Positions 33,884 through 41,518 of a stretch of DNA of 41,518 nucleotides are shown piece by piece. The DNA comes from a virus (lineage: Duplodnaviria; Caudoviricetes). The position numbers and the translations under genes were made by a program. Below the pieces are notes generated by a model. The model worked only from the letters and a program-made list of their open reading frames with translations, ran no database searches and had not been told where the DNA came from. The DNA lies in IMG/VR virus record IMGVR_UViG_3300025133_006663, positions 1-41,518 of that record; one strand, 5' to 3'. Each line of letters begins with the position of its first letter. Within the stretch, counting starts at the first letter, position 1.

Positions 33884-34915
33884 ATGGCAAGCATTACCCC
33901 CAACAGTGATAAACGCCGCCGCGAAGAGAAACGCAACGCCGGCAGGCTCGCCCGCAGTGTCGGAAACTCGGCCACCGCCCGCAGCCCGCAGATCCAGCGA
34001 ATGCGCCACGACCTGCAGGATCTCATCCGCATAGCCCAGCGAACCGGCAACAAACGGCAGGTGACGCAGCTCCGGGGAATCCTGCAGCGGATCCTGGGGA
34101 ACGTCACGGCCAAGGTGGCCCACCAGGCTATGTCGCAGGCGCTCGCCAAGAGCGGCCGACTGAAACGGGTCACTCGGCGCCATGGATCCGGCCGCGACTA
34201 CGCGAAGGCGATCAAACAGGACATGACCGCCGCCCAGCAGCTGATTCAGTCGCTGCAGGCCCCCGACGCACCGCCACCAGTCGAACGGAAGACCCGGCCG
34301 CAACAGCAGACGGTCCAGCGGCGATCCGGTGCCCCGATGCCGTCAAACACCGAACTGCTGCCAAGTGGCGAGATTCGGGTGAAAACCGGGTCATTTCAGC
34401 GAGACTACAAGCTGTCCGATCCGGTCATCACCGGGAAGTGGATCGGCGTGCAGTCGAGCAACGTCCGCAGTATTTCGTTCAATTTCAACTTTAAGCAGCC
34501 GCACAAGTCGATTTTGTACGTCCAGTTTCTGGGGACCGACGCCAACGGGAAACGGGCCGGCCACGGGCCGCTCTACGAGTATTACGACATTCACCCGGAC
34601 AAATTCAAAGCATTCGCGAAGGCCAGCTCTAAAGGCGGCTGGATATGGGACGAGCTTCGCGTCAGGGGCTCAGCGGTTCAGCATAAGGTGAAATACGGCC
34701 TCAAAGGCATCGTCGAGGGCTATGTGCCACGGCGGGCCACCATCAGGAACGGCCGCGAGATGTTCGTGCGTCGGACCATTACGCCGCGATCTGGCCTGAA
34801 CGAGCCACGGCAGAAGCCTATCACCAGCCCGCTGCCGGATCAGGATCTCGGCCCAGCCAGAGGCAGGCCACGGCGGGGACGCCCGAACCGGGGACGCGGG
34901 CCCCGGTTGTTCTGA
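33884..34915 (+). CDS. Basic KTSC-domain protein (343 aa)
   Basis: 'VQSSNVRSISF...LYVQF...LYEYYDIHPDKFKAFAKASSKGGWIWDELR' matches the KTSC pattern; Arg-rich termini. Confidence 0.8.
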   Translation: MASITPNSDKRRREEKRNAGRLARSVGNSATARSPQIQRMRHDLQDLIRIAQRTGNKRQVTQLRGILQRILGNVTAKVAHQAMSQALAKSGRLKRVTRRHGSGRDYAKAIKQDMTAAQQLIQSLQAPDAPPPVERKTRPQQQTVQRRSGAPMPSNTELLPSGEIRVKTGSFQRDYKLSDPVITGKWIGVQSSNVRSISFNFNFKQPHKSILYVQFLGTDANGKRAGHGPLYEYYDIHPDKFKAFAKASSKGGWIWDELRVRGSAVQHKVKYGLKGIVEGYVPRRATIRNGREMFVRRTITPRSGLNEPRQKPITSPLPDQDLGPARGRPRRGRPNRGRGPRLF

Positions 34916-35091
34916 CCGGGACAGCTGCGGAACAGCTGCGGAGGTTAGGCTACCGTTTTTCTCTGACGAAACCGCTCAAACGCGATTAGCTGTTTTTTGC
35001 TGTTTTCTTCAGGCCAGCGACTGACGGCGGCCTCCGGGACAGCACCGGGACAAATTGTGTCCCGTTGCCGGCAACTGGAACGCCCAACAGT

Positions 35092-35193
35092 CGCTGCGCT
35101 TGAAGCGCAGCGGCAATCCTGCGCTTGAGCGCAGAAACCAGAGGCCCGGCAATCCTGCGCTTGAAGCGCAGACTATTCCTGCGCTTGAGCGCG
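35092..35193. repeat. Four palindromic repeats CTGCGCTTGA(A)GCGCAG
   Basis: Copies at 35092-35112, 35119-35134, 35155-35171 and 35179-35193 (last one imperfect); copies 2 and 3 are preceded by CGGCAATC. Confidence 0.9.
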
Positions 35194-35210
35194 AGACAGA
35201 CAATTCTTTA

Positions 35211-35238
35211 TTGACACCCGATATCCGGCCGTTAATAT
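35211..35238 (+). promoter_or_regulatory. Sigma70-type promoter
   Basis: TTGACA-N16-TAATAT with an AT-rich upstream flank. Confidence 0.7.
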
Positions 35239-35298
35239 CTGGGGCTCAAGGCGTGGAAGGCCATAGAATATATTTCGGGGCACGACCCCGAACTTACG

Positions 35299-35340
35299 AA
35301 CCCTGCCCCGGAGTGCTCCACCACTCTGGGGCGGGGTTTT
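35299..35340 (+). terminator. 17-bp hairpin / attenuator in the leader RNA
   Basis: AACCCTGCCCCGGAGTG-ctccac-CACTCTGGGGCGGGGTT followed by TTGT. Confidence 0.7.
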
Positions 35341-35349
35341 GTCGTTTAC

Positions 35350-35420
35350 GGCCGTCTCAGTAGGTTTACGCTGTGGGCTCATAATCCACGGCCCCGGTTC
35401 AATTCTGGGGGAGGCGGCTA
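35350..35420 (+). tRNA. Degenerate tRNA-Met(CAT)-like element with reduced D-arm and variable loop
   Basis: Anticodon arm GTGGG-CTCATAA-TCCAC; T arm CCCGG-TTCAATT-CTGGG; closing stem GGCCGTCTC/GAGGCGGCT; only 14 nt in the D region; no encoded CCA. Confidence 0.6.
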
Positions 35421-35423
35421 TCT

Positions 35424-35516
35424 TCACCGTGTACGCCAAGAGAGCGGCCAGTGTCAGGGCTGGTGGAAAAGCCGGATGTTTCGGTGACATGGCGGTGCGA
35501 ATCCGTCGGCGGTGAC
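35424..35516 (+). ncRNA. tRNA-like element with long variable arm (Ser-like, non-canonical)
   Basis: Acceptor TCACCGT/GCGGTGA; T arm GGCGG-TGCGAAT-CCGTC; variable arm ATGT...ACAT; irregular anticodon arm GGCT-GGTGGAAA-AGCC; over-long D region. Confidence 0.45.
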
Positions 35517-35539
35517 TTCTTCAAACCCGAAAGGATGCC

Positions 35540-35710
35540 ATGAACAGCTGGATGCAGAACCCGAAGACCCGCCCATTCCAACGCCGCGTCAGGTCCGTGA
35601 TGCCGTTGTCACCGAAATACCTAAAACAACTTCGGGCCCGCCTGCGACGTATGGGAGCGAGCCGGCTGGCTCGAAACGAAAACATGGAGTACCATCTCGA
35701 TCGATCGTGA
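35540..35710 (+). CDS. Small basic protein (56 aa, MNSWMQNPK...YHLDRS)
   Basis: AAAGGA RBS 4 nt before ATG; below the ORF track cutoff. Confidence 0.55.
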   Translation: MNSWMQNPKTRPFQRRVRSVMPLSPKYLKQLRARLRRMGASRLARNENMEYHLDRS

Positions 35711-35713
35711 GTT

Positions 35714-36013
35714 TTAGCCGCTGTAGCTCAACAGGGCCGGCGGCTTTTCCAATTTGAACCGAGCAGCAGGTAGAAGGCCGCTAACACCGGCCAGCTGCAG
35801 CCAGACGCCCCGCCTGGATTAACTCGTTCGGGGGCAATATCTGCCACGGCTGTAATCTTACCGATTCCGTTATAGCCACGAGCAGACGCGCGAGGAATAG
35901 CCAGCGGCTAACGGTCGAACGTCGGCCAAGCGCGAGAATATGTCGCGAGCAGGTATAAGTCTCCCATACTCGGTGCCTTGCACTTGTCGGTTCCCCTTCA
36001 CTGGGGAATCGGT
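35714..36013 (+). ncRNA. Candidate structured non-coding RNA
   Basis: 10-bp long-range stem TTAGCCGCTG (35714-35723) / CAGCGGCTAA (35902-35911) encloses three stems; further hairpins to 36013; no credible plus-strand ORF. Confidence 0.45.
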
Positions 36014-36058
36014 ACGCGCAACCACAGCCTGGCGTTTGCACGAAAAGGAAGCAGTACG

Positions 36059-36238
36059 ATGGCCCAGATAAAGCCGAAGCTACCCGGAGAGTCGAACAAC
36101 CAGTACGAAGCTCGCAGGCGCAAGGAGCGGCTGCACTATCTGGAGTCGCCACTACCGCCACCGTTCGAGCACCGCACCGGCCAGTGGTGGTCTGATGTGA
36201 TCGACGTTGTGATCGGCCGCACGAAAGGAATGAAATGA
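36059..36238 (+). CDS. Hypothetical protein (59 aa)
   Basis: AAAGGA RBS, ATG at 36059. Confidence 0.6.
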   Translation: MAQIKPKLPGESNNQYEARRRKERLHYLESPLPPPFEHRTGQWWSDVIDVVIGRTKGMK

Positions 36239-36364
36239 CCACGACCATTCACGACTTGCGATTCGCGGCGAAGATAGCAGCGGCCAATGGGGCCGATCGG
36301 CGACCACGCGAGCCGAAGCCCGTGCACAGCTGCAACACGCACTAAACACGCAAAGGCCCGCAAC

Positions 36365-36697
36365 ATGCCGCACCCTATCACCGCCAGCCTACTGACCGCC
36401 CGCGACCACATGCGGACACTGTACAAGGCGCACGATGCCGAACCGATAATCCGTCGCGGCCAACACGACGTCTGGCTGCAGCTGGCCGGTGGCACCAACC
36501 ATGCGGTTATCATCAAGACGGCCGCCCAGCTACTGGCCGAAGCACTAGAGTGGTTGGAGCAGCACGGCACGGACCACGAGCCGCCGGACATGCTGGAGCT
36601 GGTACTCGAAGCCACATGGGACATAACCGTCCTAAGATTGTCCGACGAGGAGTTTGAGGCTTTCATCGAGAGCGATGACGTTGACAGCGAAGCATGA
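36365..36697 (+). CDS. Hypothetical protein (110 aa)
   Basis: AAAGG upstream of ATG 36365; acidic C-terminus. Confidence 0.6.
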   Translation: MPHPITASLLTARDHMRTLYKAHDAEPIIRRGQHDVWLQLAGGTNHAVIIKTAAQLLAEALEWLEQHGTDHEPPDMLELVLEATWDITVLRLSDEEFEAFIESDDVDSEA

Positions 36698-36705
36698 AAA
36701 CATGC

Positions 36706-36733
36706 TTGACGCCTGTCTAACATCCGCTACACT
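36706..36733 (+). promoter_or_regulatory. Sigma70-type promoter
   Basis: TTGACG-N16-TACACT in an intergenic gap. Confidence 0.65.
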
Positions 36734-36769
36734 CCAACGGTTACGCTTTGTTTAACCGCGAGGCTTGCA

Positions 36770-37321
36770 ATGCAACGCCAACGAACCCTGGAGTACGACA
36801 TGCCTGACGAAACGCCAGACCGTAAACCCATGAAGAACCGAGCCGACGCGCACACCGTTAGCGTTTGGATCCGGCAGCAGGCGAAGAACCTGGCGGGCCT
36901 CACGCGGCAGGAGGTCTGCGACCGGCTGCAGGGCGCAACCGGGTGGGTGGCCACGCCGCAGCAGCTGGCGTTGCTCATTCGTGACTTCGATATCAAATTG
37001 AAGTTTGCACGCGGCGGCAGCTCCCCGAAGCGGATGGCCCGCGTGCATGACGAACTTGCCAAGCAGGACAAAGAACTCGCGGGCATGACGAAGCGGCTGG
37101 ACGCAGCGGCAAAGCTGGCAGCGAAGCAGACCAAAGCGATCGCCGAAATGCAGGCGCTGGTGAAAGAGGTTAGCCTGGAGACTATTCATGCCAACGAGCG
37201 ATGTGATGTGCTTGTGTTTCTCCTGTCTTGCACTGCGAAGGTGGTACTCAATGGTTCGGGTAGCGTAAAACCCAGTGTGGCATCTGAGGTACGAGACTTA
37301 GCGGCAAGGCATTATGAGTAG
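36770..37321 (+). CDS. Hypothetical coiled-coil protein
   Basis: GAGG before ATG 36770 (alternative start 36800); helical and heptad-rich. Confidence 0.7.
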   Translation: MQRQRTLEYDMPDETPDRKPMKNRADAHTVSVWIRQQAKNLAGLTRQEVCDRLQGATGWVATPQQLALLIRDFDIKLKFARGGSSPKRMARVHDELAKQDKELAGMTKRLDAAAKLAAKQTKAIAEMQALVKEVSLETIHANERCDVLVFLLSCTAKVVLNGSGSVKPSVASEVRDLAARHYE

Positions 37322-37370
37322 CGCATAGGCGGCAGGTTACTTTTCACCACAACCACGACGGAGCAGAGAT

Positions 37371-37859
37371 ATGGGATGGGGAAGCGGAAGCAGTCTAATG
37401 ACGGATATCATCCAGGGGATGCGGCAGGCCAACGTGCCGTATCCGCAGCGGCGGGAAATGTACCGGATCCTAATACCGGCGATGCAGGATTGTGACTGGG
37501 ACACCGAGATGGATAATCTCGACGACGACCCGGCCTTTGATGCAGAACTTGAATCGCTGCACCCGGACTGGTTCCCAGACGAAGGTTCACGCGGCCCGGT
37601 CACTCACGACCTGCGAGTCTGGCCGGCATATTTCCAGCCAGTCTTTGACGACCTCAAACGCTTCGAGGGCCGGCGGGACGATCGCGAGTTTCAAGTCGGA
37701 GACGTCTTGCAGCTGCGCGAATGGCGGGAAGACAAACACGAGTACACCGGCCGCGAATGCTTTCGCGTCATCACGTTCAAGCTGGCCGGCGGTGACTTCG
37801 GTATCGCTGACGATTGGTGCGTCCTGTCGATCAAACCTACGGAGCAGCCCAGTGGCTAA
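37371..37859 (+). CDS. ASCH/PUA-like (DUF3850) domain protein with an N-terminal acidic domain
   Basis: 'HDLRVWPAYFQPVFDDLKRFEGRRDDREFQVGDVLQLREW...YTGRE...WCVLSI'. Confidence 0.85.
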   Translation: MGWGSGSSLMTDIIQGMRQANVPYPQRREMYRILIPAMQDCDWDTEMDNLDDDPAFDAELESLHPDWFPDEGSRGPVTHDLRVWPAYFQPVFDDLKRFEGRRDDREFQVGDVLQLREWREDKHEYTGRECFRVITFKLAGGDFGIADDWCVLSIKPTEQPSG

Positions 37860-38070
37860 GAAAAACCCCCACCTATGCAGCAAGTGCCAACTGGGCGGCA
37901 TAGGCTACAAGGTCCGGCCCGACGGGCGGCCGCTAAAGCATGGAATCTGTCGCGACTGCTACGAACGAGACGCCGGCAGCGGTCACACCGCTCACGGTGC
38001 AGGTCCGAGGTATCGCAGCCCAGAGATGATGGAAGACACCCATGAAACCACCTACGGCCCGCGCGACTGA
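37852..38070 (+). CDS. Small Zn-finger protein (72 aa)
   Basis: GGAG then GTG at 37852; CSKC and CRDC motifs. Confidence 0.6.
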   Translation: MAKKNPHLCSKCQLGGIGYKVRPDGRPLKHGICRDCYERDAGSGHTAHGAGPRYRSPEMMEDTHETTYGPRD

Positions 38071-38188
38071 ACAACGCACATGAACGACGAAGTAATACTA
38101 TCAGGACATGAGTGCAGCCTAGCGGCCGTCCAGCTGCGTGGTTTATACCGGCTGCACGGTTGCACACACTAAACAGGAAGACGCGGTG

Positions 38189-38467
38189 ATGACGAAAACG
38201 ACAGACACGACAACTACCTTCGACCTCGTACTGCTACAGCTGGGAGGCGGCGAACCCGCAGCCGGCGAATGGGACGAAGACGAGGACGAGTATCTGCTAG
38301 CGAAGCCGATACGGATCAAACTCACCAAGTGTAAGAACGCTACGCAGCTCGGGCTACGCTACGACGTCCGCAAGCTGACGCGCACAAAGATGTTCGGCCG
38401 AGCCGTGAAGTTTCGGCACCTGTACGAGATCCTGCTGTCCGGAACAGAATTCGAGGTCGTGACATGA
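38189..38467 (+). CDS. Hypothetical protein (92 aa)
   Basis: AGGA upstream of ATG 38189; ATGA overlap with the next gene. Confidence 0.65.
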   Translation: MTKTTDTTTTFDLVLLQLGGGEPAAGEWDEDEDEYLLAKPIRIKLTKCKNATQLGLRYDVRKLTRTKMFGRAVKFRHLYEILLSGTEFEVVT

Positions 38468-38832
38468 GCAGCGACCCGCTCGCCAGAGCCATACAGACAC
38501 TGGCCCAGCACGCCGTTGACGCCCTGCAGGAAGCAAACCTGCAGCCCATTATCAACAACGCATACGCCGGCTACATGAACGGCAGAGCCGCCGAGCAGCT
38601 GGCCAAGCAGGAGAAGAAGCACGAAGGTGATCTGCACTTTCAGCAGGCCCTGCAGGCGTCACTCTTGCAGAGGTGGAAAGAACAGGTGGCCGAGGTTGAA
38701 GCAGACAGAGACGCCTACCGAACGGAACGGGACGAGCTTCAGCAGCGCGTAGCATTCATGGAAAACCATATCCGTAAGATGGCCCGGCCGTCGCTCTGGT
38801 CTCGGTTCAACCATTGGAGGCGCACGCGATGA
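38464..38832 (+). CDS. Hypothetical coiled-coil protein (122 aa)
   Basis: ATGA overlaps at both ends; C-terminal 'RPSLWSRF' amphipathic tail. Confidence 0.7.
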   Translation: MSSDPLARAIQTLAQHAVDALQEANLQPIINNAYAGYMNGRAAEQLAKQEKKHEGDLHFQQALQASLLQRWKEQVAEVEADRDAYRTERDELQQRVAFMENHIRKMARPSLWSRFNHWRRTR

Positions 38833-39068
38833 AACGCCTCAACATGTGGTGGTTTACCGGGATTCTGTTTTTCACCTTGACGATAGTGGTGATCGGCGAT
38901 CTGATCTTTTTTGCGTTCGACCCGGAACTCACCATCAGCCACCGGATTCAGGCGTACTGCGGCGGATCCACCGAGACGCTACGCACCGCCGTCGTGTCCT
39001 TCCTGGCCGGCGTCCTGCTGGCACACCTCACCGGCTTCGGCCCTAGACCACCGAGAGCAAACGCATGA
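38829..39068 (+). CDS. Small two-TM membrane protein (79 aa; holin-like or exclusion protein)
   Basis: GGAGG RBS, ATG at 38829; two hydrophobic segments. Confidence 0.65.
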   Translation: MKRLNMWWFTGILFFTLTIVVIGDLIFFAFDPELTISHRIQAYCGGSTETLRTAVVSFLAGVLLAHLTGFGPRPPRANA

Positions 39069-39082
39069 CCTGTCGGACGCCC

Positions 39083-40933
39083 TCACCTGCGGCCGAGCGT
39101 CTTACGCCACCCAGCCCGAGACGCCCGCCGCACCAGCTCCTGAGCTTCCCCGTGATTAGATGCCACCTCGATCGTCTCGCCGAGGCTCCGGTCGTTGCTG
39201 ATCGTCATGTAACGCAGCGCGTCGCAGGCGTGGTCGTCCTTCTTCAATGGCTCCGGCCGAGCGTCCTGCGGATTGACGCCGGCCCCGCTGGATTTTTTCC
39301 ACCGATACGAACGCAGCTCGCGGCAGAGATTCGGACAGTTGGCCTCGTGGATGTAAAGACGTGGCACCTTGATGCGGTCGCCCTCCGGCCCGTCAATCAG
39401 CAGCGCCTGCTTCAGTAAAAACTTGACGTGTTCAATACCTTCGAGGACGCGATTGTACGCACCGCTGAGAACGATCGGCTCTACCTTATCCTCTTCATTT
39501 GTGTACTGCCGCAGCTTGCTGGCGATACGGAAGCCGTCAGGGTTTGCGGGATCCGCGAATGATCGTCCGTGCCAAATGTCATCCCGCCACGGATGCCGGC
39601 GGTACACTTCCACCAGATGCTCGATTGTCGTCCGTCCCTGGTCGTTGCTGTAGTATTCGTCGTAGATGTACCAGCGGCCGTCGCGGCCCCGCAGGCCCCA
39701 CAGACAGACGAAAAAGTTATCCTGGCCACTGCCCCAGTCGATGGCCCGCATATGCACGGCATCGTCCGGGATCTGCGCCCACACCTCATCGCCGACGTAG
39801 TGCAGAGCCGGATTCAATTCCTTGTAGATCAGGCCCTCATAGCTGGCGAACATGCCACGGATACGGACGTCCTGCATATCCTCCGGGACCATCGCCAAGA
39901 ACTCGGCGAACCATTCAGGATCGACGTGACCCAGCTCGGCCGCAACCGCCGTGTTGCAATAGTGAACCGCCCAGTTGTTCGGCAGGTACGTCGCGCCACG
40001 GATCCGCATCGCCTTATCAGATGGAGCTTTGCCGAAGCGAATCATTTCCTCAAGGTTGGCCGACATGGCAGGATCAATCGGCGTAAACTCAGCCAGCTTA
40101 TTGCCCCGGTAGTGGAGCATATTGGATTCACGGCAGCCGCGCGTCACCTCCGTCAGCAGCTCCCAGGGAAATTGCTCAATGAACGCGAAGCCGCCCACCG
40201 ATCGGGCCTGCATCTGCCGCCGGCCCTGTTCGTAGCTCTTGAACTCAAGCACCCAATTGTTGCCGTTTTTGTCCGGCTTCAACGGCACCCGGTACGGCCA
40301 ATTCGCGTTGCTGTTGTACCACTTGATTTTATCGGCCTGGACGACGTACGCGGGAAGATGGCCCTTCTGATCCAGCTTCTCATCGTACAGGCTCATCGTC
40401 TGTTCATAGCTGCCGGCGATGATCCAGAACGGGCAATTCTTTCTGACCGGCGGATTTTCCAGCATGAACCGCACGGCCTTCGCCAAGACGCACGTCGTTG
40501 TGCCGGATCCGTTCCCACCCAAACAGAAGACGACGCCGTTCGTGTCTTCGACGGCAAAGCCGGTCTGCTGGTCGAACGCCTCCGGCTGATCGTCGCGAGG
40601 CATGTAAGAAAAGTACGCCGGCAGGCCCTCTACATCCCAGCCGGGAACACCGCCGCCGATGGCCTTCGCGCGGTCCACCTCCGGCGTCACATCATCGGGG
40701 CACATCTCGGCCAACTTGCGGACGCAGGCGACCACCGCCGGCAGCCACCGCATATGCTGGGGATCCGTGGAGCCGTACAGGTTATTCGCCAGCTCGGCGC
40801 AGGCGTGCAGCCGTGGGCGATTCTGGAGAGCCGGCCATATCGACTCAGCGGCCACCTGCTGTGCTGCTCGTGACTCTGCTCGTTTCTGCAGCCGCTTCTT
40901 GATCTCGCCCGTGAGTTTAAGAGGCATCGTCAT
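39083..40933 (-). CDS. terL: Terminase large subunit
   Basis: ATPase-like N-domain (GGNGSGTTT; FKSYEQGR; FTP) and RNase H-like nuclease motifs AIDWG, ADPA, KKDDHACDALRY. Start set at ATG 40933 (GGAG RBS). Confidence 0.9.
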   Translation of the reverse strand: MTMPLKLTGEIKKRLQKRAESRAAQQVAAESIWPALQNRPRLHACAELANNLYGSTDPQHMRWLPAVVACVRKLAEMCPDDVTPEVDRAKAIGGGVPGWDVEGLPAYFSYMPRDDQPEAFDQQTGFAVEDTNGVVFCLGGNGSGTTTCVLAKAVRFMLENPPVRKNCPFWIIAGSYEQTMSLYDEKLDQKGHLPAYVVQADKIKWYNSNANWPYRVPLKPDKNGNNWVLEFKSYEQGRRQMQARSVGGFAFIEQFPWELLTEVTRGCRESNMLHYRGNKLAEFTPIDPAMSANLEEMIRFGKAPSDKAMRIRGATYLPNNWAVHYCNTAVAAELGHVDPEWFAEFLAMVPEDMQDVRIRGMFASYEGLIYKELNPALHYVGDEVWAQIPDDAVHMRAIDWGSGQDNFFVCLWGLRGRDGRWYIYDEYYSNDQGRTTIEHLVEVYRRHPWRDDIWHGRSFADPANPDGFRIASKLRQYTNEEDKVEPIVLSGAYNRVLEGIEHVKFLLKQALLIDGPEGDRIKVPRLYIHEANCPNLCRELRSYRWKKSSGAGVNPQDARPEPLKKDDHACDALRYMTISNDRSLGETIEVASNHGEAQELVRRASRAGWRKTLGRR

Positions 40934-41312
40934 CCAGCTCCGCGAGACTGTCAGCGATGCCGAGACTGATGCCATCGCAGGCAATCTGATCCATAGCCTT
41001 TAGTGCGTTGATTCGCACCGCGTCATCGTCGGTTGTCTGGGCAACCTTCTTGTACTGTTCGTAGATCCAATACCGATCGGCAGCAGCTTTTCGCGCCGGC
41101 CCCTCGAATCTAGCCCGCGTCCGACGCCGCACTTCTTCCCGGAACTTGGCCTGCTTCATCCGTCGCCGCACAGTCGAGTAGCTGACCCCCCCCGCGTCTG
41201 CTGCCACTTGCATGGATGCACCATCGGCCAATGATTCAATTAGCCGTTCATCGTGGGGGCTATAGTCCTCCCCGGCGGCAATGTGTTCATTTGCGACCAT
41301 AACCAGAATCAT
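40917..41312 (-). CDS. Putative terminase small subunit (HTH)
   Basis: HTH-like 'LADGASMQVAADAGGVSYSTVRRRM'; overlaps the start of terL. Confidence 0.7.
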   Translation of the reverse strand: MILVMVANEHIAAGEDYSPHDERLIESLADGASMQVAADAGGVSYSTVRRRMKQAKFREEVRRRTRARFEGPARKAAADRYWIYEQYKKVAQTTDDDAVRINALKAMDQIACDGISLGIADSLAELDDDAS

Positions 41313-41518
41313 ATCCTACCGCCGCCCAAAAACGCAACACGTTGCCGTTTCAGCACTTGCGCCGATCTGATTTATTTTGCGGATAATGTATTGATATCAC
41401 TACACCCGAGTGCCGATATCGTTATAATGGGGAGCAGAGACGAGAGACCTAAACCGGCCAGTGAGACGGCCACAATTTGGAGTAAACCATGAAACACAAA
41501 CCCCAGGTAATCAGCGGC

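Noticed and set aside
35092-35193. CRISPR mini-array
   Set aside because: Repeats are 16-21 nt with 6-20 nt irregular, partly repeated spacers; no cas genes.
35055-35363. 102 aa ORF with GNPALE repeats
   Set aside because: The peptide repeats are a by-product of the DNA palindromes, and the ORF runs through a promoter and a terminator.
39065-40902. Plus-strand ORFs 39065-39418, 39499-40086 and 39569-40873
   Set aside because: They lie almost entirely within terL on the opposite strand.
1-41518. Alternative genetic code, or integrase/transposase
   Set aside because: Standard-code ORFs tile the window densely with all three stop codons used; no recombinase or transposase is recognisable, so lifestyle cannot be called.

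Overview
This window is part of a tailed dsDNA phage or prophage (Caudoviricetes, Mu-like head module, probably a short non-contractile tail). Most genes are on the minus strand. From the right end these are: terminase small and large subunits; prohead protease/scaffold, cement protein, major capsid protein, DUF1320 adaptor, tail tube, a -1 frameshifting tail chaperone and a short tape measure; tail proteins, a Cys-rich protein and three glycosyltransferase-like genes; a displaced DUF935 portal; two giant 'polyvalent' proteins (1601 aa and 3082 aa); and a truncated fibre-like gene. A ~5 kb plus-strand island (33.8-39.1 kb) separates the terminase from the head genes. It holds a KTSC-domain gene, a palindrome array, a c4-like leader, degenerate tRNA-like RNAs and small ORFs. 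The main candidate for a new system is that the giant proteins look like virion-packaged polyproteins. Their modules (ADP-ribosyltransferase, kinase, TGT/DpdA-like barrel, methyltransferase, zincin-LPD1) are separated by a recurring cassette: a [DEQ]-x-Y-[AS]-[RK] motif, then a Q-x-x-L-F beta-clamp-like motif, then 'DE-x-x-HPR...GG-x-F'. The same Tyr motif recurs in the prohead protease/scaffold and the portal tail, which suggests maturation cleavage by the phage's own protease. All family assignments come from motif recognition by eye; no searches were run.
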